Source: Clostridia bacterium
Lineage (GTDB): Bacteria; Bacillota; Clostridia; Oscillospirales; CAG-272
Length of the DNA stretch: 64,000 nucleotides
Assembly: GCA_017625065.1 (NCBI GenBank)
Contig: JAGALS010000059.1
Location: forward strand, 24,696-88,695
Direction: 5' to 3'
Shown: in pieces, positions 54,756 through 63,283 of the stretch
Layout: each line of letters opens with the position of its first letter
How positions within the stretch are numbered: the stretch's first letter is position 1
Notes under the pieces: generated by a model
Told to the model about the DNA's origin: nothing
Databases searched by the model: none
What the model saw: the letters and a program-made list of their open reading frames with translations, nothing else
Translations under genes and position numbers: made by a program

Positions 54756-54768
54756 CGAAGGGAAATAA
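54583..54768 (+). CDS. Short DivIC/FtsB-like septum formation initiator (61 aa)
   Basis: Strong RBS (AAAGGAAGG), a TM helix plus a short coiled coil (LRQQAEELQQEKE), and the yabP-yabQ-divIC order. Confidence 0.5.
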   Translation: MKRKTEGRTTPMQWAIRILILVIFVAALAIGANRLMEWNRLRQQAEELQQEKESYQNSEGK

Positions 54769-54863
54769 CGTGCACCGTGTATAAATTCCCCCCAAAACGC
54801 AAAAAATGGAAAAGGGCGGATAGAGCTTTTGTCTATCGCACTTAAAAAAAGGGGGAAGAAGAT

Positions 54864-55073
54864 ATGTCACGTATGCTTACCGATCTTGTGGGACAGCGCT
54901 GCATCATCAAAAACGACATGGAGGAATACCTCACGGGGAACGCGGATATTACCTGCCACGTGCTGGCAACCGATGATGAATGGATCAAGGTCGCTTATGT
55001 GGACGAGGATGGCAACCGTGTTGCCCGTCTGGAGCGAATTGATACCCTTAGCAGTGTGATCATTTATGACTAA
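54864..55073 (+). CDS. Small hypothetical protein (69 aa)
   Basis: Good RBS (GGGGGAAGAAG) and a terminator directly after it. Confidence 0.55.
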   Translation: MSRMLTDLVGQRCIIKNDMEEYLTGNADITCHVLATDDEWIKVAYVDEDGNRVARLERIDTLSSVIIYD

Positions 55074-55113
55074 AAAAGGAGCCGTTTTGCAACGCAAAAC
55101 GGCTCCTTTTTTT
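55073..55113. terminator. Bidirectional intrinsic terminator
   Basis: AAGGAGCCGTTTTGC-aac-GCAAAACGGCTCCTT with A-runs and T-runs. Confidence 0.85.
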
Positions 55114-55732
55114 ATGCCAATATTCCGTCCAGAAAGATCTTGATGCCAATGGCGATCAGGATCACACCGCCAAGGATGGTGGCTTTTTCGGCGAGCTTTG
55201 TGCCGAATTTACGCCCGATCAGCACGCCCGCAAAGCAAAGCACAAGCGTGACAAGCGCGATGATCGCAGCGGAAAGCAGCGCTTCCCACCACAAATACCC
55301 CGCAATCTGCAGCCCGACCGAGAGCGCATCGATCGAGGTGGCGACACCCTGCACCAACAGCCCCGCAAGGCTCGTGCGGACCATCGCGCAAGCGGGAGCC
55401 GCGGCGACACCGCTTTCCTTTTCCAATCTCTTCTTTTCGCGCATTTCCTGGATCCCCTCGATCAGCATTTTACCGCCGATGAAAAGCAAAAGTCCAAGGG
55501 CAACGTAGGGGATAAATCGGTTCAAGGTTTTAAATTGCTGTGCCATCAGGGTGACCAGAAGCCAGCCAAAGAGGGGCATTGCCGCCTGAAACAGGGCAAA
55601 GATGCCCGCGATCGAAAAGGCGCGCCGCTTCGTGCCGCACGGCTCGGCAAGGCCGTTGGTCAGCGACACCGAAAAGGCATCCATTGCAAGACCGACACCA
55701 AGCCCCGCCGCGTTGAGGATCAGATCAAACAT
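55112..55732 (-). CDS. mntP: Manganese efflux pump MntP
   Basis: GLAMDAFSVS and SIDALSVG DUF204 repeats. The start is at 55732 after AAAGGAG. The longer track ORF translates the riboswitch. Confidence 0.88.
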   Translation of the reverse strand: MFDLILNAAGLGVGLAMDAFSVSLTNGLAEPCGTKRRAFSIAGIFALFQAAMPLFGWLLVTLMAQQFKTLNRFIPYVALGLLLFIGGKMLIEGIQEMREKKRLEKESGVAAAPACAMVRTSLAGLLVQGVATSIDALSVGLQIAGYLWWEALLSAAIIALVTLVLCFAGVLIGRKFGTKLAEKATILGGVILIAIGIKIFLDGILA

Positions 55733-55751
55733 AATGTCTCCTTTAAGCAAA

Positions 55752-55875
55752 CAAAAAAACCCACGTATGGCGTACTGCCACACATGAGTCTCGTAATTTA
55801 ATGCAAGCCAGAGCGAATGCCCAGTATGTTGACTTGCCACGCGGGGAACCGCGCTTACTACTCCCTCAAAAGGAA
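55752..55875 (-). promoter_or_regulatory. yybP-ykoY (Mn2+) riboswitch with terminator expression platform
   Basis: On the minus strand: GGGAGTAG (55865-55858), GTCAACATAC (55833-55824), GAGAC, then the GTGTGGC-agtac-GCCATAC hairpin followed by TTTTTTT (55786-55753). Confidence 0.8.
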
Positions 55876-55882
55876 CGCACCT

Positions 55883-55911
55883 ATTGTAGCACAGGGAGCG
55901 CTATTTGTCAA
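55883..55911 (-). promoter_or_regulatory. Promoter driving the riboswitch and mntP
   Basis: On the minus strand: TTGACA, 17 nt, TACAAT. Confidence 0.6.
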
Positions 55912-56023
55912 TGCTATTTGGAAAAATTAGGAAATGCTAACTTTTTTGTAGAGTTCTTTCCGCCATTTTTGTATAGCAATCCGTCAAATTGTGCATACAT
56001 TTTTATAGAAAGGGCGGGGGAGT

Positions 56024-56869
56024 ATGATGAGGAAGCACGAGCATTTTTTCAGTGTAGCGGTAACGTTGTGTACCGCCTTTTTGGTGGGGCTTGGGATGCA
56101 TATTTTTATTTATCCCAACGATTTTGCCCCAAGCGGCGTGGATGGACTTGCCGCGATGCTGCAAAAGCTCACAGGAGTGAACGCAGGGCTTTTTACGCTT
56201 GCCATCAATTTGCCGCTGCTTGTCGCGGCGTGGTTTGTTTTAAAAAAGCGATACGTGCTGCTCACGGTGCTTTATACCGTGTCGCTGTCGCTTTGCTTGC
56301 TGCTTTTTGAGTGGGTGGGGATGTATCAGTATATCGCCACGACCGATCGCATCCTTCCCGCGCTTTTCGGGGGCGTTGCGCAAGGACTCACGGGCATTAT
56401 GCTGCGCATCGGCGCCTCGTCGGGGGGCGTGGACGTGATGGGGAGTATGATCCAGAAAAGGATCCCTCACAAGGACGTCGAAAGGATCATTTCGCTGATC
56501 AGCGTGGTGATCATTGCAATATCTTTTCTTGTGTACGGCAATCTGCAAAGTGTGCTGCTGTCCGTGATCGAAATTTTTGTGTGCGAGCGCGTGACGGCAA
56601 AGATATTACGCAGCAGCCGTAACGCGGTCAAATTTGAGATCGTGACCGAGCACTCGGATGCGATCAAGGAGGATATTTTGCACCGTGTCGGGCACGGCGC
56701 GACCGTTCTGGAGGGGCACGGGCTGTATACCGAAAAGCACAAGCAATTGATCCTTTGTGTCGTCAATTATAGGCAAATTCCCGCCTTTTTAAAGGTGATC
56801 TCCAAGTATCCCGACACCTTTGTATACTATTCGGACGTCATGGGCGTACGGGGCGCGTTTGACCGATGA
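56024..56869 (+). CDS. YitT-family membrane protein (DUF2179 C-terminal domain)
   Basis: The N-terminal TM region with the FAPSGVDG motif is typical of YitT. Confidence 0.85.
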   Translation: MMRKHEHFFSVAVTLCTAFLVGLGMHIFIYPNDFAPSGVDGLAAMLQKLTGVNAGLFTLAINLPLLVAAWFVLKKRYVLLTVLYTVSLSLCLLLFEWVGMYQYIATTDRILPALFGGVAQGLTGIMLRIGASSGGVDVMGSMIQKRIPHKDVERIISLISVVIIAISFLVYGNLQSVLLSVIEIFVCERVTAKILRSSRNAVKFEIVTEHSDAIKEDILHRVGHGATVLEGHGLYTEKHKQLILCVVNYRQIPAFLKVISKYPDTFVYYSDVMGVRGAFDR

Positions 56870-56942
56870 TAAAAATTCATTTGATATATCTAAACTTCAT
56901 TTATTGCTTCTTTGCGCTACAGGGGGGTAAATTTTTAAGGCT

Positions 56943-57935
56943 TTAGGATTCAGAATCTTCTAATTTCGCCAATTCCGCCTTCAGTTCAGCTATTTTAGCC
57001 AATAATTCTTCGCGGTCTATTTGGGTATGATGACCAGCGATTGTGGCAATAGCATTTTTTGCATCCGATTCAGGAATACCGCCGAAAGGTAATCCTTTGC
57101 AATTTGTTCCAAAGATCAATTTGTTGTTTTGTTTGGTGTATCCTTTAATTTTGCCTCCCGGGAACGGAAAAGTATGTGTTAAATCCCAATCCCCAAAGTT
57201 CTGCCCGAATACGACTTGGTTAACCGAAATCAATGTAACATCGGGATTAAGCAAGTCAAAAAGTTCATTAAACAAAGACGTGTTTTGGATAAGTGCTTTT
57301 TGGCTAGTGGTTAAGGGTCCAAAGGTCGGATCTGTTGCAATAGCGGTGTATATGTCGATATGAATGGCTGTGTTGGATTTATCACCGTATTTACCGCCAT
57401 AAGAACAATTTAAAACACTCATTAACCTGTTGTATTTATCAAACCAATTATATGGATTATCGTAAAAATAACGATTGAGAGTAGTGTAAAGCGCATCAAT
57501 GGCGTCGGAACCTGAAAAATCAACAATCTTAAAACGAGGTAGGGCGGGCAGCTGCGGAAACTCCTTCAACGATGGATTAAGAGCAATAGTTAAAATCCGT
57601 TTGGGAGATCGTTGGTATTTTTCAATGTCACCAAACCATACAACGGGAATGGAAGGAGAAACAACAAAAGGAAGATCTTTTTTGCTTATAAAATCATCCA
57701 CGTATTTTTGAAGCAAGTTTTTTAAAGCGTCGGTATAAATGGGAGGGGTGGCGGTTGCACACGAGATCGTTGCAGGTGCATTAATTTCTTGTAAAATCCC
57801 TTTTTCGATTGCCCAAGGATAGAGAAAGATTTTTTCCAAGCCTTGGAATTTGACCTTAATTTGCATTTGACCGTAGTCCTCAAAAGGGCCTACCGAAGTG
57901 CCTACACCAAAACTATTATGCTGAAAATATCTCAT
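56943..57935 (-). CDS. Hypothetical protein in a low-GC islet; N-terminal PcrA/UvrD-C-terminal-like Tudor segment, central MUG/UDG-like 'ALNPS' region, C-terminal coiled coil
   Basis: Clean 330-aa ORF with RBS AGGAGA and TGCTATAAT upstream. The domain ideas rest only on short motif resemblance. Confidence 0.8.
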   Translation of the reverse strand: MRYFQHNSFGVGTSVGPFEDYGQMQIKVKFQGLEKIFLYPWAIEKGILQEINAPATISCATATPPIYTDALKNLLQKYVDDFISKKDLPFVVSPSIPVVWFGDIEKYQRSPKRILTIALNPSLKEFPQLPALPRFKIVDFSGSDAIDALYTTLNRYFYDNPYNWFDKYNRLMSVLNCSYGGKYGDKSNTAIHIDIYTAIATDPTFGPLTTSQKALIQNTSLFNELFDLLNPDVTLISVNQVVFGQNFGDWDLTHTFPFPGGKIKGYTKQNNKLIFGTNCKGLPFGGIPESDAKNAIATIAGHHTQIDREELLAKIAELKAELAKLEDSES

Positions 57936-57970
57936 AACTTCTCCTAAAATTCAAATTATAGCAAAATCAA

Positions 57971-58004
57971 CGAAAAGGGCCATCGCGTGCGATAGCCCTT
58001 TTTC
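57971..58004 (-). terminator. Intrinsic terminator ending the microcompartment operon
   Basis: On the minus strand: AAGGGCTATCG-cac-CGATGGCCCTT followed by TTCG/T-rich sequence, 3 nt after the last stop codon. Confidence 0.65.
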
Positions 58005-58006
58005 AA

Positions 58007-58270
58007 TTAAAGCAGATAATAGGGAAGCTCGCTGCCAAGCCCGATCTTCTCCACGGCAGCCTTTTCGCTGTGTCCTGTGACCTTTTCGACCACCTCGGGC
58101 GCGATCTTGCTGACAACTGCTGCCTTAACGGGTGCAGCTTTTGCGGCAGATTGCTTGGGGGCGGACTTTGTGCTAGCGGCTTTCTTTGCTACCGCGGCGG
58201 TAGCTGTCTTTGCGGGAGTTTGTGTGGGCTTTGCCACACGCTTTTGGATGCTGTCTTTACCGAGTGACAT
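58007..58270 (-). CDS. Small Ala/Lys/Pro-rich, probably disordered protein (87 aa); candidate ParA partner
   Basis: The ATG at 58270 has AAAGGAG 9 nt upstream. It overlaps the ParA gene's 3' end by 14 nt. The core is low-complexity (AKPTQTPAKTATAAVAKKAASTKSAPKQSAAKAAPVKAA), followed by a short structured-looking tail (VVEKV...AVEKIGLGSELPYYLL). Confidence 0.7.
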   Translation of the reverse strand: MSLGKDSIQKRVAKPTQTPAKTATAAVAKKAASTKSAPKQSAAKAAPVKAAVVSKIAPEVVEKVTGHSEKAAVEKIGLGSELPYYLL

Positions 58271-59048
58271 ATTTCTTGATCTCCTTTGCAAGTTCCATAT
58301 ATTCTTTTGCCGCACGGCTGTTTTTCTTGTAAGCCATAACGGGCTTGCTCACGTCCTGCGACCATTCCACGGTGCTGTCGATGCGAATGATGGTCTCAAA
58401 GAGCCGCACGTTTTCAAGCGAGGAAAGGGTATCAACCGTCTGCTTGAAGTAGTTCTTGCGCTCGTTTGCCTTGGTGATGGCAATGCCAAGGAGGTTAAGG
58501 TTGGGCGCGACCTGCTTGATCTGTTCGTAAAACTCAAACATATTGGCAATGCCAAAGAGCCCCCAGGGCGAGGATTCCACGGGAATGACAAGGTGATCGC
58601 TGGCACACATAATGTTCATCACCCAACAGCCAAGTGTGGGGGGCGCATCGATCAGTATGTAGTCATATTTACCGCTTGCCTTGATGCGGTCAAGACCTTT
58701 TTTCAGAATGAACTCGCGCTGCCACTTGGTGAACAGATCGAACTCAATGCTACTCATCAGAGTGGAGGAGGGGATCACATCCAGCCCCTTGTACTCGGTG
58801 TTTACAATAAAATCAGTCAGATCCTTTTGATCCACAACGCCGCGATAGAGGTTGCGATCGCTTTTTGCGAACGCGAGAGAGGTCTCGTCGTCAAAAAAGG
58901 AAAGCGTGAGGTTCATTTGCATATCGCCGTCGATCAGCAGAACCTTTTTTCCGAGCGTGGAAAGCGCGTAGCCGACGTTGGCGCAGGTGGTAGACTTACC
59001 GCTGCCGCCCTTGTTGTTTGCAAAACAGATGGTTTTTGTGATTGCCAT
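58257..59048 (-). CDS. ParA/Soj/MinD-family ATPase
   Basis: Deviant Walker A NNKGGSGKST and the DAPP Walker B region; 263 aa. It starts 15 nt after the EutP/PduV gene. Confidence 0.9.
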   Translation of the reverse strand: MAITKTICFANNKGGSGKSTTCANVGYALSTLGKKVLLIDGDMQMNLTLSFFDDETSLAFAKSDRNLYRGVVDQKDLTDFIVNTEYKGLDVIPSSTLMSSIEFDLFTKWQREFILKKGLDRIKASGKYDYILIDAPPTLGCWVMNIMCASDHLVIPVESSPWGLFGIANMFEFYEQIKQVAPNLNLLGIAITKANERKNYFKQTVDTLSSLENVRLFETIIRIDSTVEWSQDVSKPVMAYKKNSRAAKEYMELAKEIKKYVTR

Positions 59049-59063
59049 AGCTTAACATCCTTT

Positions 59064-59492
59064 TCATTGATTTAAATAATCGATGATATCATTCAGGCCC
59101 TCGCCTGTATAAGAGGAAACGTAAAACAGCTTTTTACACCCGCAATTTCGCAGCCAAAGCTCGGCAAGCGGCACGTTGGCATCGGGCTTGTCGATCCCCG
59201 TAATGATGCCCACCACCTCGCGGTTGACGTGGTGAGTGCAATTGGGGGGGAAGACGCAGAACGGCTCGTTTGCGCTGATGACAAGTCCGATCACGTCCGC
59301 CTCATAGGAATAGACCGCAAGCGCCGCGCTGAGCGTATGCACCTCGGTATATTCGCCGGGCGTGTCGATGATGGTGTCGGTATAGTTGATGTATTGGGTT
59401 TTGCAGTAATGCAGTTGCTCGCCCTTGAGAGCTTGTGTCAGCGTGGTCTTTCCCGCCGCGACACGCCCCATCAGGATCATTTTTTTCATCAT
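59064..59492 (-). CDS. EutP/PduV-family microcompartment GTPase
   Basis: P-loop GRVAAGKTTL and DTPGEY, strongly PduV-like. Confidence 0.88.
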   Translation of the reverse strand: MMKKMILMGRVAAGKTTLTQALKGEQLHYCKTQYINYTDTIIDTPGEYTEVHTLSAALAVYSYEADVIGLVISANEPFCVFPPNCTHHVNREVVGIITGIDKPDANVPLAELWLRNCGCKKLFYVSSYTGEGLNDIIDYLNQ

Positions 59493-59493
59493 T

Positions 59494-59889
59494 TTACGTG
59501 CGCGTCACGTCACATACCGAAAACTTCAAGGTGTTTTTGAAGTAGGTCGTGATCGCTTCAAAGGAAGCCTCGACCTCATCCACCGTTCCCGTGATGATCA
59601 GCGTGCCCGAAAAACGGTCCACAAAGCCAAGCTCCGCGCCCGATGCCTTCAGGGCAATGTCGGCGGTGATGACCGCAGTCTCGGCGGGCGAGATGGTCAA
59701 AACACCGATGGCGGCGCGTTGATAATCGAGCTTTGGATCAAGTCCCATCTTCTGATAAAGGATGGGGTCGGGATTTGCAATAACGTGCGCAAGTGTGATC
59801 TGCCGTCCGGGGACAAGCTCCTGCACGATGCGCATTTTATCTCTCATTTCCATAGATTCCATAATGATCTCCTTGTTTTGTGCGGTCAA
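59494..59889 (-). CDS. Circularly permuted BMC shell protein, PduU/EutS type
   Basis: VPGRQITLAHVIANP...GFVDRFSG...VCDVTRT matches PduU closely by recall. Confidence 0.85.
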   Translation of the reverse strand: MTAQNKEIIMESMEMRDKMRIVQELVPGRQITLAHVIANPDPILYQKMGLDPKLDYQRAAIGVLTISPAETAVITADIALKASGAELGFVDRFSGTLIITGTVDEVEASFEAITTYFKNTLKFSVCDVTRT

Positions 59890-60677
59890 CCGCCGATCTG
59901 CACGTGCAGTCGGGGAGCCGCAAGGCGCGCCGCTGCCGCAAGGCGCTCCATATCCTCATTTGTGGGCGGTGTGATGTGTAAGAGCGAGTATTCACGTCCA
60001 AGTCCTGCGTATTTATCCTGCCCCAAGCGATGATAGGGAAGCAGATGCAGCTCGTTTACACGGGGGAGTGAGCTTGCAAAGGCGGCGATCGCCGCGATCT
60101 CCTCGCTCGTCGCGTTAAAGGTCGGTACAACGGGCACGCGGATGATCAGCTCCTTCGCGTTTTCCGCAATGTATCGCGCGTTTTCCAGTATCGCGTCATT
60201 GGGCTTTCCGCAAAAGGCGCGGTGCTTTTCGCTGTCCACGTGCTTGATGTCCATCAGGAAGTGATCCACGTGGGGGAGGAGTCTGTCCACCACCTCGCGC
60301 GAGGCAAATGCCGTTGTTTCGATCGCGGTGTCGTAGCCGTATTCGTGCACGGCACGGAGCAGCGCTTCGGAAAACTCGGGTTGCGCCATACACTCGCCAC
60401 CCGAAAGGGTGACACCACCGCCGCTGCGCTGGTAGTAAACAGCATCCTTGATGATCTCATCCATCACCTCGGCAACCGTCACGTCCTTGCCGACAATGCG
60501 CGTTTTACCGCCCTGTGTCAGCTCTTGCTGCTTGTATTCCTGCGATTCGGGGTTGCAGCACCAACGGCAACGCAGATAGCAGCCCTTCAAAAAGACGATG
60601 GTGCGAATGCCGGGGCCGTCGTGAATGGAGTAACGCTGTATGTCAAAAATGCGGCCCGTTTGCTCGTAAATATTCAT
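59886..60677 (-). CDS. Glycyl-radical enzyme activating protein (radical SAM)
   Basis: HDGPGIRTIVFLKGCYLRCRWCCNPE. The start is at 60677 (AAAGGAG RBS); the track start at 60743 would overlap the GRE gene. Confidence 0.9.
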   Translation of the reverse strand: MNIYEQTGRIFDIQRYSIHDGPGIRTIVFLKGCYLRCRWCCNPESQEYKQQELTQGGKTRIVGKDVTVAEVMDEIIKDAVYYQRSGGGVTLSGGECMAQPEFSEALLRAVHEYGYDTAIETTAFASREVVDRLLPHVDHFLMDIKHVDSEKHRAFCGKPNDAILENARYIAENAKELIIRVPVVPTFNATSEEIAAIAAFASSLPRVNELHLLPYHRLGQDKYAGLGREYSLLHITPPTNEDMERLAAAARLAAPRLHVQIGG

Positions 60678-60705
60678 AAAAGCATTACTCCTTTCATCAT
60701 TTTTC

Positions 60706-60731
60706 GTAGGGGGCGACGTCCTCGACGCCCC
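60706..60731 (+). repeat. REP-like GTAG hairpin with a covarying stem (GTAG-GGGGCG-ACGTCCTCGA-CGCCCC)
   Basis: Lies in the 56-nt spacer between the GRE and activase genes. Confidence 0.65.
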
Positions 60732-60733
60732 GA

Positions 60734-63265
60734 TTATTGCCACCCTTGCTCGGTACGGGCAATGATATCGTCCTGCAGCGAGCGCAACAGGGTGGTGAAC
60801 AGAGCACTGTAGCCTGCCACACGAACCACAAGGTTCTTATATTTTTCGGGGTTCTTTTGCGCATCGATCAAGGTCTCGCGGGAAACCACGTTGTACTGTA
60901 CGTGCATACCCTTCTGATCGAAATAGCCGCGCAGATATGCCACAAATTTTTCAAGGCTTGCCATCGAGGAAAGCGCCGAGGGGTGGAACTTTTGGTTGAA
61001 CAGTGTGCCGTTGGAGGCAATGCCGTGATCCAGTCGCGCCACCGAGTTCGCAGTTGCCGTCGGACCCTTCGTGTCGCGTCCCGAAGCGGGACCGACGCCG
61101 TCGGCAATAGGGGTAAAGGCAAGACGACCGTCGGGGGTAGCACCCGTCTGGTAACCGAGCGGCACGTTTGCCGAAACGGGATAGAGTCCCGCCTGGAAGC
61201 TGCCGCCGCGGGGGTTGGTGTACTTTTCAAGCACCTTGGTGTAGGTGTTGCCCACCTCACGGGCAAAGGCGTCAACTTCGGGGATATCGTTACCGTATTT
61301 GGGCAACGCCTCGATCATCTTGAGGATCTCGGCATAGCGCGCTTTCTTTTTCTCGTCGACCGTTTCGGCGTTGGTGAGGTTGCGGTAGACCGCGCGGATG
61401 ACGTCATCACTGACGTTCGCACCGCCGAGCATCAGCTCTTGCGTGATCTGTGTGGTCAGCTCCAAAGCCTTTTTGGGAAGAATACCCTTGCCGAAGTTGT
61501 CGGCAAGCGCTTGCTTCAGTTCTGCCATCGTGACCTTCTTTTCATCGAAAACAAGGGTCTTGACGGCAAGCAGCGCGTCGGTCATGTTCGCAATGCCAAA
61601 GCCCTGCGGACCTGTGAAGTTGTAATGCGCGCCACCTTCCTGAATACTCATACCGCGCTCGATGCAATCGTCGCAAAGGCAGGATTCAAAGGGCAGGGGA
61701 CAGCGCACGCTGTGGGCATAGTCCACGGCGTTGTCGGCATGCACCATCATTTCGATCATATGGGTCTGCTGCTTCTTGTAAGCGTCAAAGAACTCCTCAA
61801 ACGAGGACATCTGCTCGACCTCGCCCGTACGCAGGCCGATCTGCTTGCCCTTGTCCATACCGTTGGAAAAGACCAGCTCAAGCGGACGGCACATATTGAA
61901 GAATGCCGCGTCGTGCCAGCCGTCGGTCTTTGCGCCCTTCTGGGGCTCGACACAGCCGATGATGCAGTAATCACGGGCATCCTCAAGGGTCAGACCTCTT
62001 GCCATGATCGAGGGGATGATGACCTCGTCGTTGTAGAATGCGGGCACGCCAAGTCCCTCGCGCGTGACCGATGCCGCCTTGATCAGGAGATCGTGGGGCG
62101 AGCAGTTCCATACGCGGATCGAAAGAGAGGGCTGGGGAAGGCGCACGTGCATCGTCGCTTCCATACACATATAGGAAAGATCGTTGGTGACGTCCACGCC
62201 CTGCTCGTTCTGACCGCCGACGATCAGGTTTTGGAACAGACCATAGCCCGCAAAGCCTTCAGCAGAGGCGGCGTCGCGGACCTTGTTGAGGTCGTTGAGC
62301 TTGACCCAGATGCAGTCCAGATATTCCTGCGCCTGCTCGTGGGTGAGCTTGCCCTCGTCAATGTCCTTTTTGAACAGAGGATACATATATTGGTCAAATC
62401 GACCGGGAGAGATCGAGTGACCGCTGGATTCACATTGCAACAGCTGCTGTATAAACCAGAACGCCTGGCACGCCTCATAGAAATTACGCGCGGGCTTTGC
62501 GGGCACACGTGTACAGTTTTCGGCGATAGTCAGCAGCTCCGCACGGCGTGCGGGATCTGCACAATACGATGCCTCACGGCGCGCAAGATCGGCATAACGG
62601 GCGGCGTAAGCGATCACCGCCTCGCAGCTTTCGATCACCGCTTCCTGGAATTGCTTGCGGCGCTGATAATCGCCGTTGCCGATGTGCAGCTTTGCCATCG
62701 CGGCCTTTGCCTCGGCGATGATAGCCTCAAGACCCTCGTTGATCACTTTCGCGTAGTTGACGTTGATGTGACCGACGCCGTTGTAAAAATAGTTACCGAC
62801 GGTGAAGACACCGTGGTTGAGGAACACGTCAAGCACGTCGGGGTCCATACCGGAGGCTGCAAGATCGCAAACCGTCTTACCTTTCCAGTAAGGATGGACC
62901 TTTTTCAGGCGTTCCACGGTTTCATTGGAAATGTAAAAGGGGTCTGCTTCGCGCGTGGCGAGTGTGCCGAATTCGGGTTCCAGCCACTCAAAGGAATACT
63001 CGGGGAAGGTCTGGCAGCCTCTGGGCGCGATCGAGTTACTGCCCACGATCAGCTCGTCGGGGCGGATCACGATCGGAATATTTTCAAGAATATGACGGAA
63101 AGCAGCGCTACGGCGCTTGATAATGGGCAAAGACTCGGTCTGCTTGTAGCTTTCGGTCACAAGCTCGGCGCGATCTGCCTCGATCTCGGGCATCTTGGCA
63201 AAGAGATGCTCGATCAATCGGTCGATACGCGGGCTCTTTTTAATGACAAATTTCAATTCTCCCAT
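60734..63265 (-). CDS. Glycyl radical enzyme, PFL-fold; diol-dehydratase-like active site
   Basis: RVAGYSA glycyl loop (Gly818), GCVEP Cys loop (Cys438/Glu440), His166 and Asp452. Confidence 0.92.
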   Translation of the reverse strand: MGELKFVIKKSPRIDRLIEHLFAKMPEIEADRAELVTESYKQTESLPIIKRRSAAFRHILENIPIVIRPDELIVGSNSIAPRGCQTFPEYSFEWLEPEFGTLATREADPFYISNETVERLKKVHPYWKGKTVCDLAASGMDPDVLDVFLNHGVFTVGNYFYNGVGHINVNYAKVINEGLEAIIAEAKAAMAKLHIGNGDYQRRKQFQEAVIESCEAVIAYAARYADLARREASYCADPARRAELLTIAENCTRVPAKPARNFYEACQAFWFIQQLLQCESSGHSISPGRFDQYMYPLFKKDIDEGKLTHEQAQEYLDCIWVKLNDLNKVRDAASAEGFAGYGLFQNLIVGGQNEQGVDVTNDLSYMCMEATMHVRLPQPSLSIRVWNCSPHDLLIKAASVTREGLGVPAFYNDEVIIPSIMARGLTLEDARDYCIIGCVEPQKGAKTDGWHDAAFFNMCRPLELVFSNGMDKGKQIGLRTGEVEQMSSFEEFFDAYKKQQTHMIEMMVHADNAVDYAHSVRCPLPFESCLCDDCIERGMSIQEGGAHYNFTGPQGFGIANMTDALLAVKTLVFDEKKVTMAELKQALADNFGKGILPKKALELTTQITQELMLGGANVSDDVIRAVYRNLTNAETVDEKKKARYAEILKMIEALPKYGNDIPEVDAFAREVGNTYTKVLEKYTNPRGGSFQAGLYPVSANVPLGYQTGATPDGRLAFTPIADGVGPASGRDTKGPTATANSVARLDHGIASNGTLFNQKFHPSALSSMASLEKFVAYLRGYFDQKGMHVQYNVVSRETLIDAQKNPEKYKNLVVRVAGYSALFTTLLRSLQDDIIARTEQGWQ

Positions 63266-63283
63266 AATATCGCGTCCTTCTTA

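Noticed and set aside
55733-55840. 36-codon N-terminal extension of mntP
   Set aside because: The region carries the yybP-ykoY riboswitch, its terminator and the true RBS.
56880-58006. Idea that the low-GC gene plus the ParA and small protein form one mobile or plasmid-derived partition cassette
   Set aside because: A terminator (57971-58004) and a separate promoter split the low-GC gene from the ParA pair. ParA and the small ORF have host-like GC and are translationally packed with the microcompartment genes. This cannot be fully excluded without comparative data.
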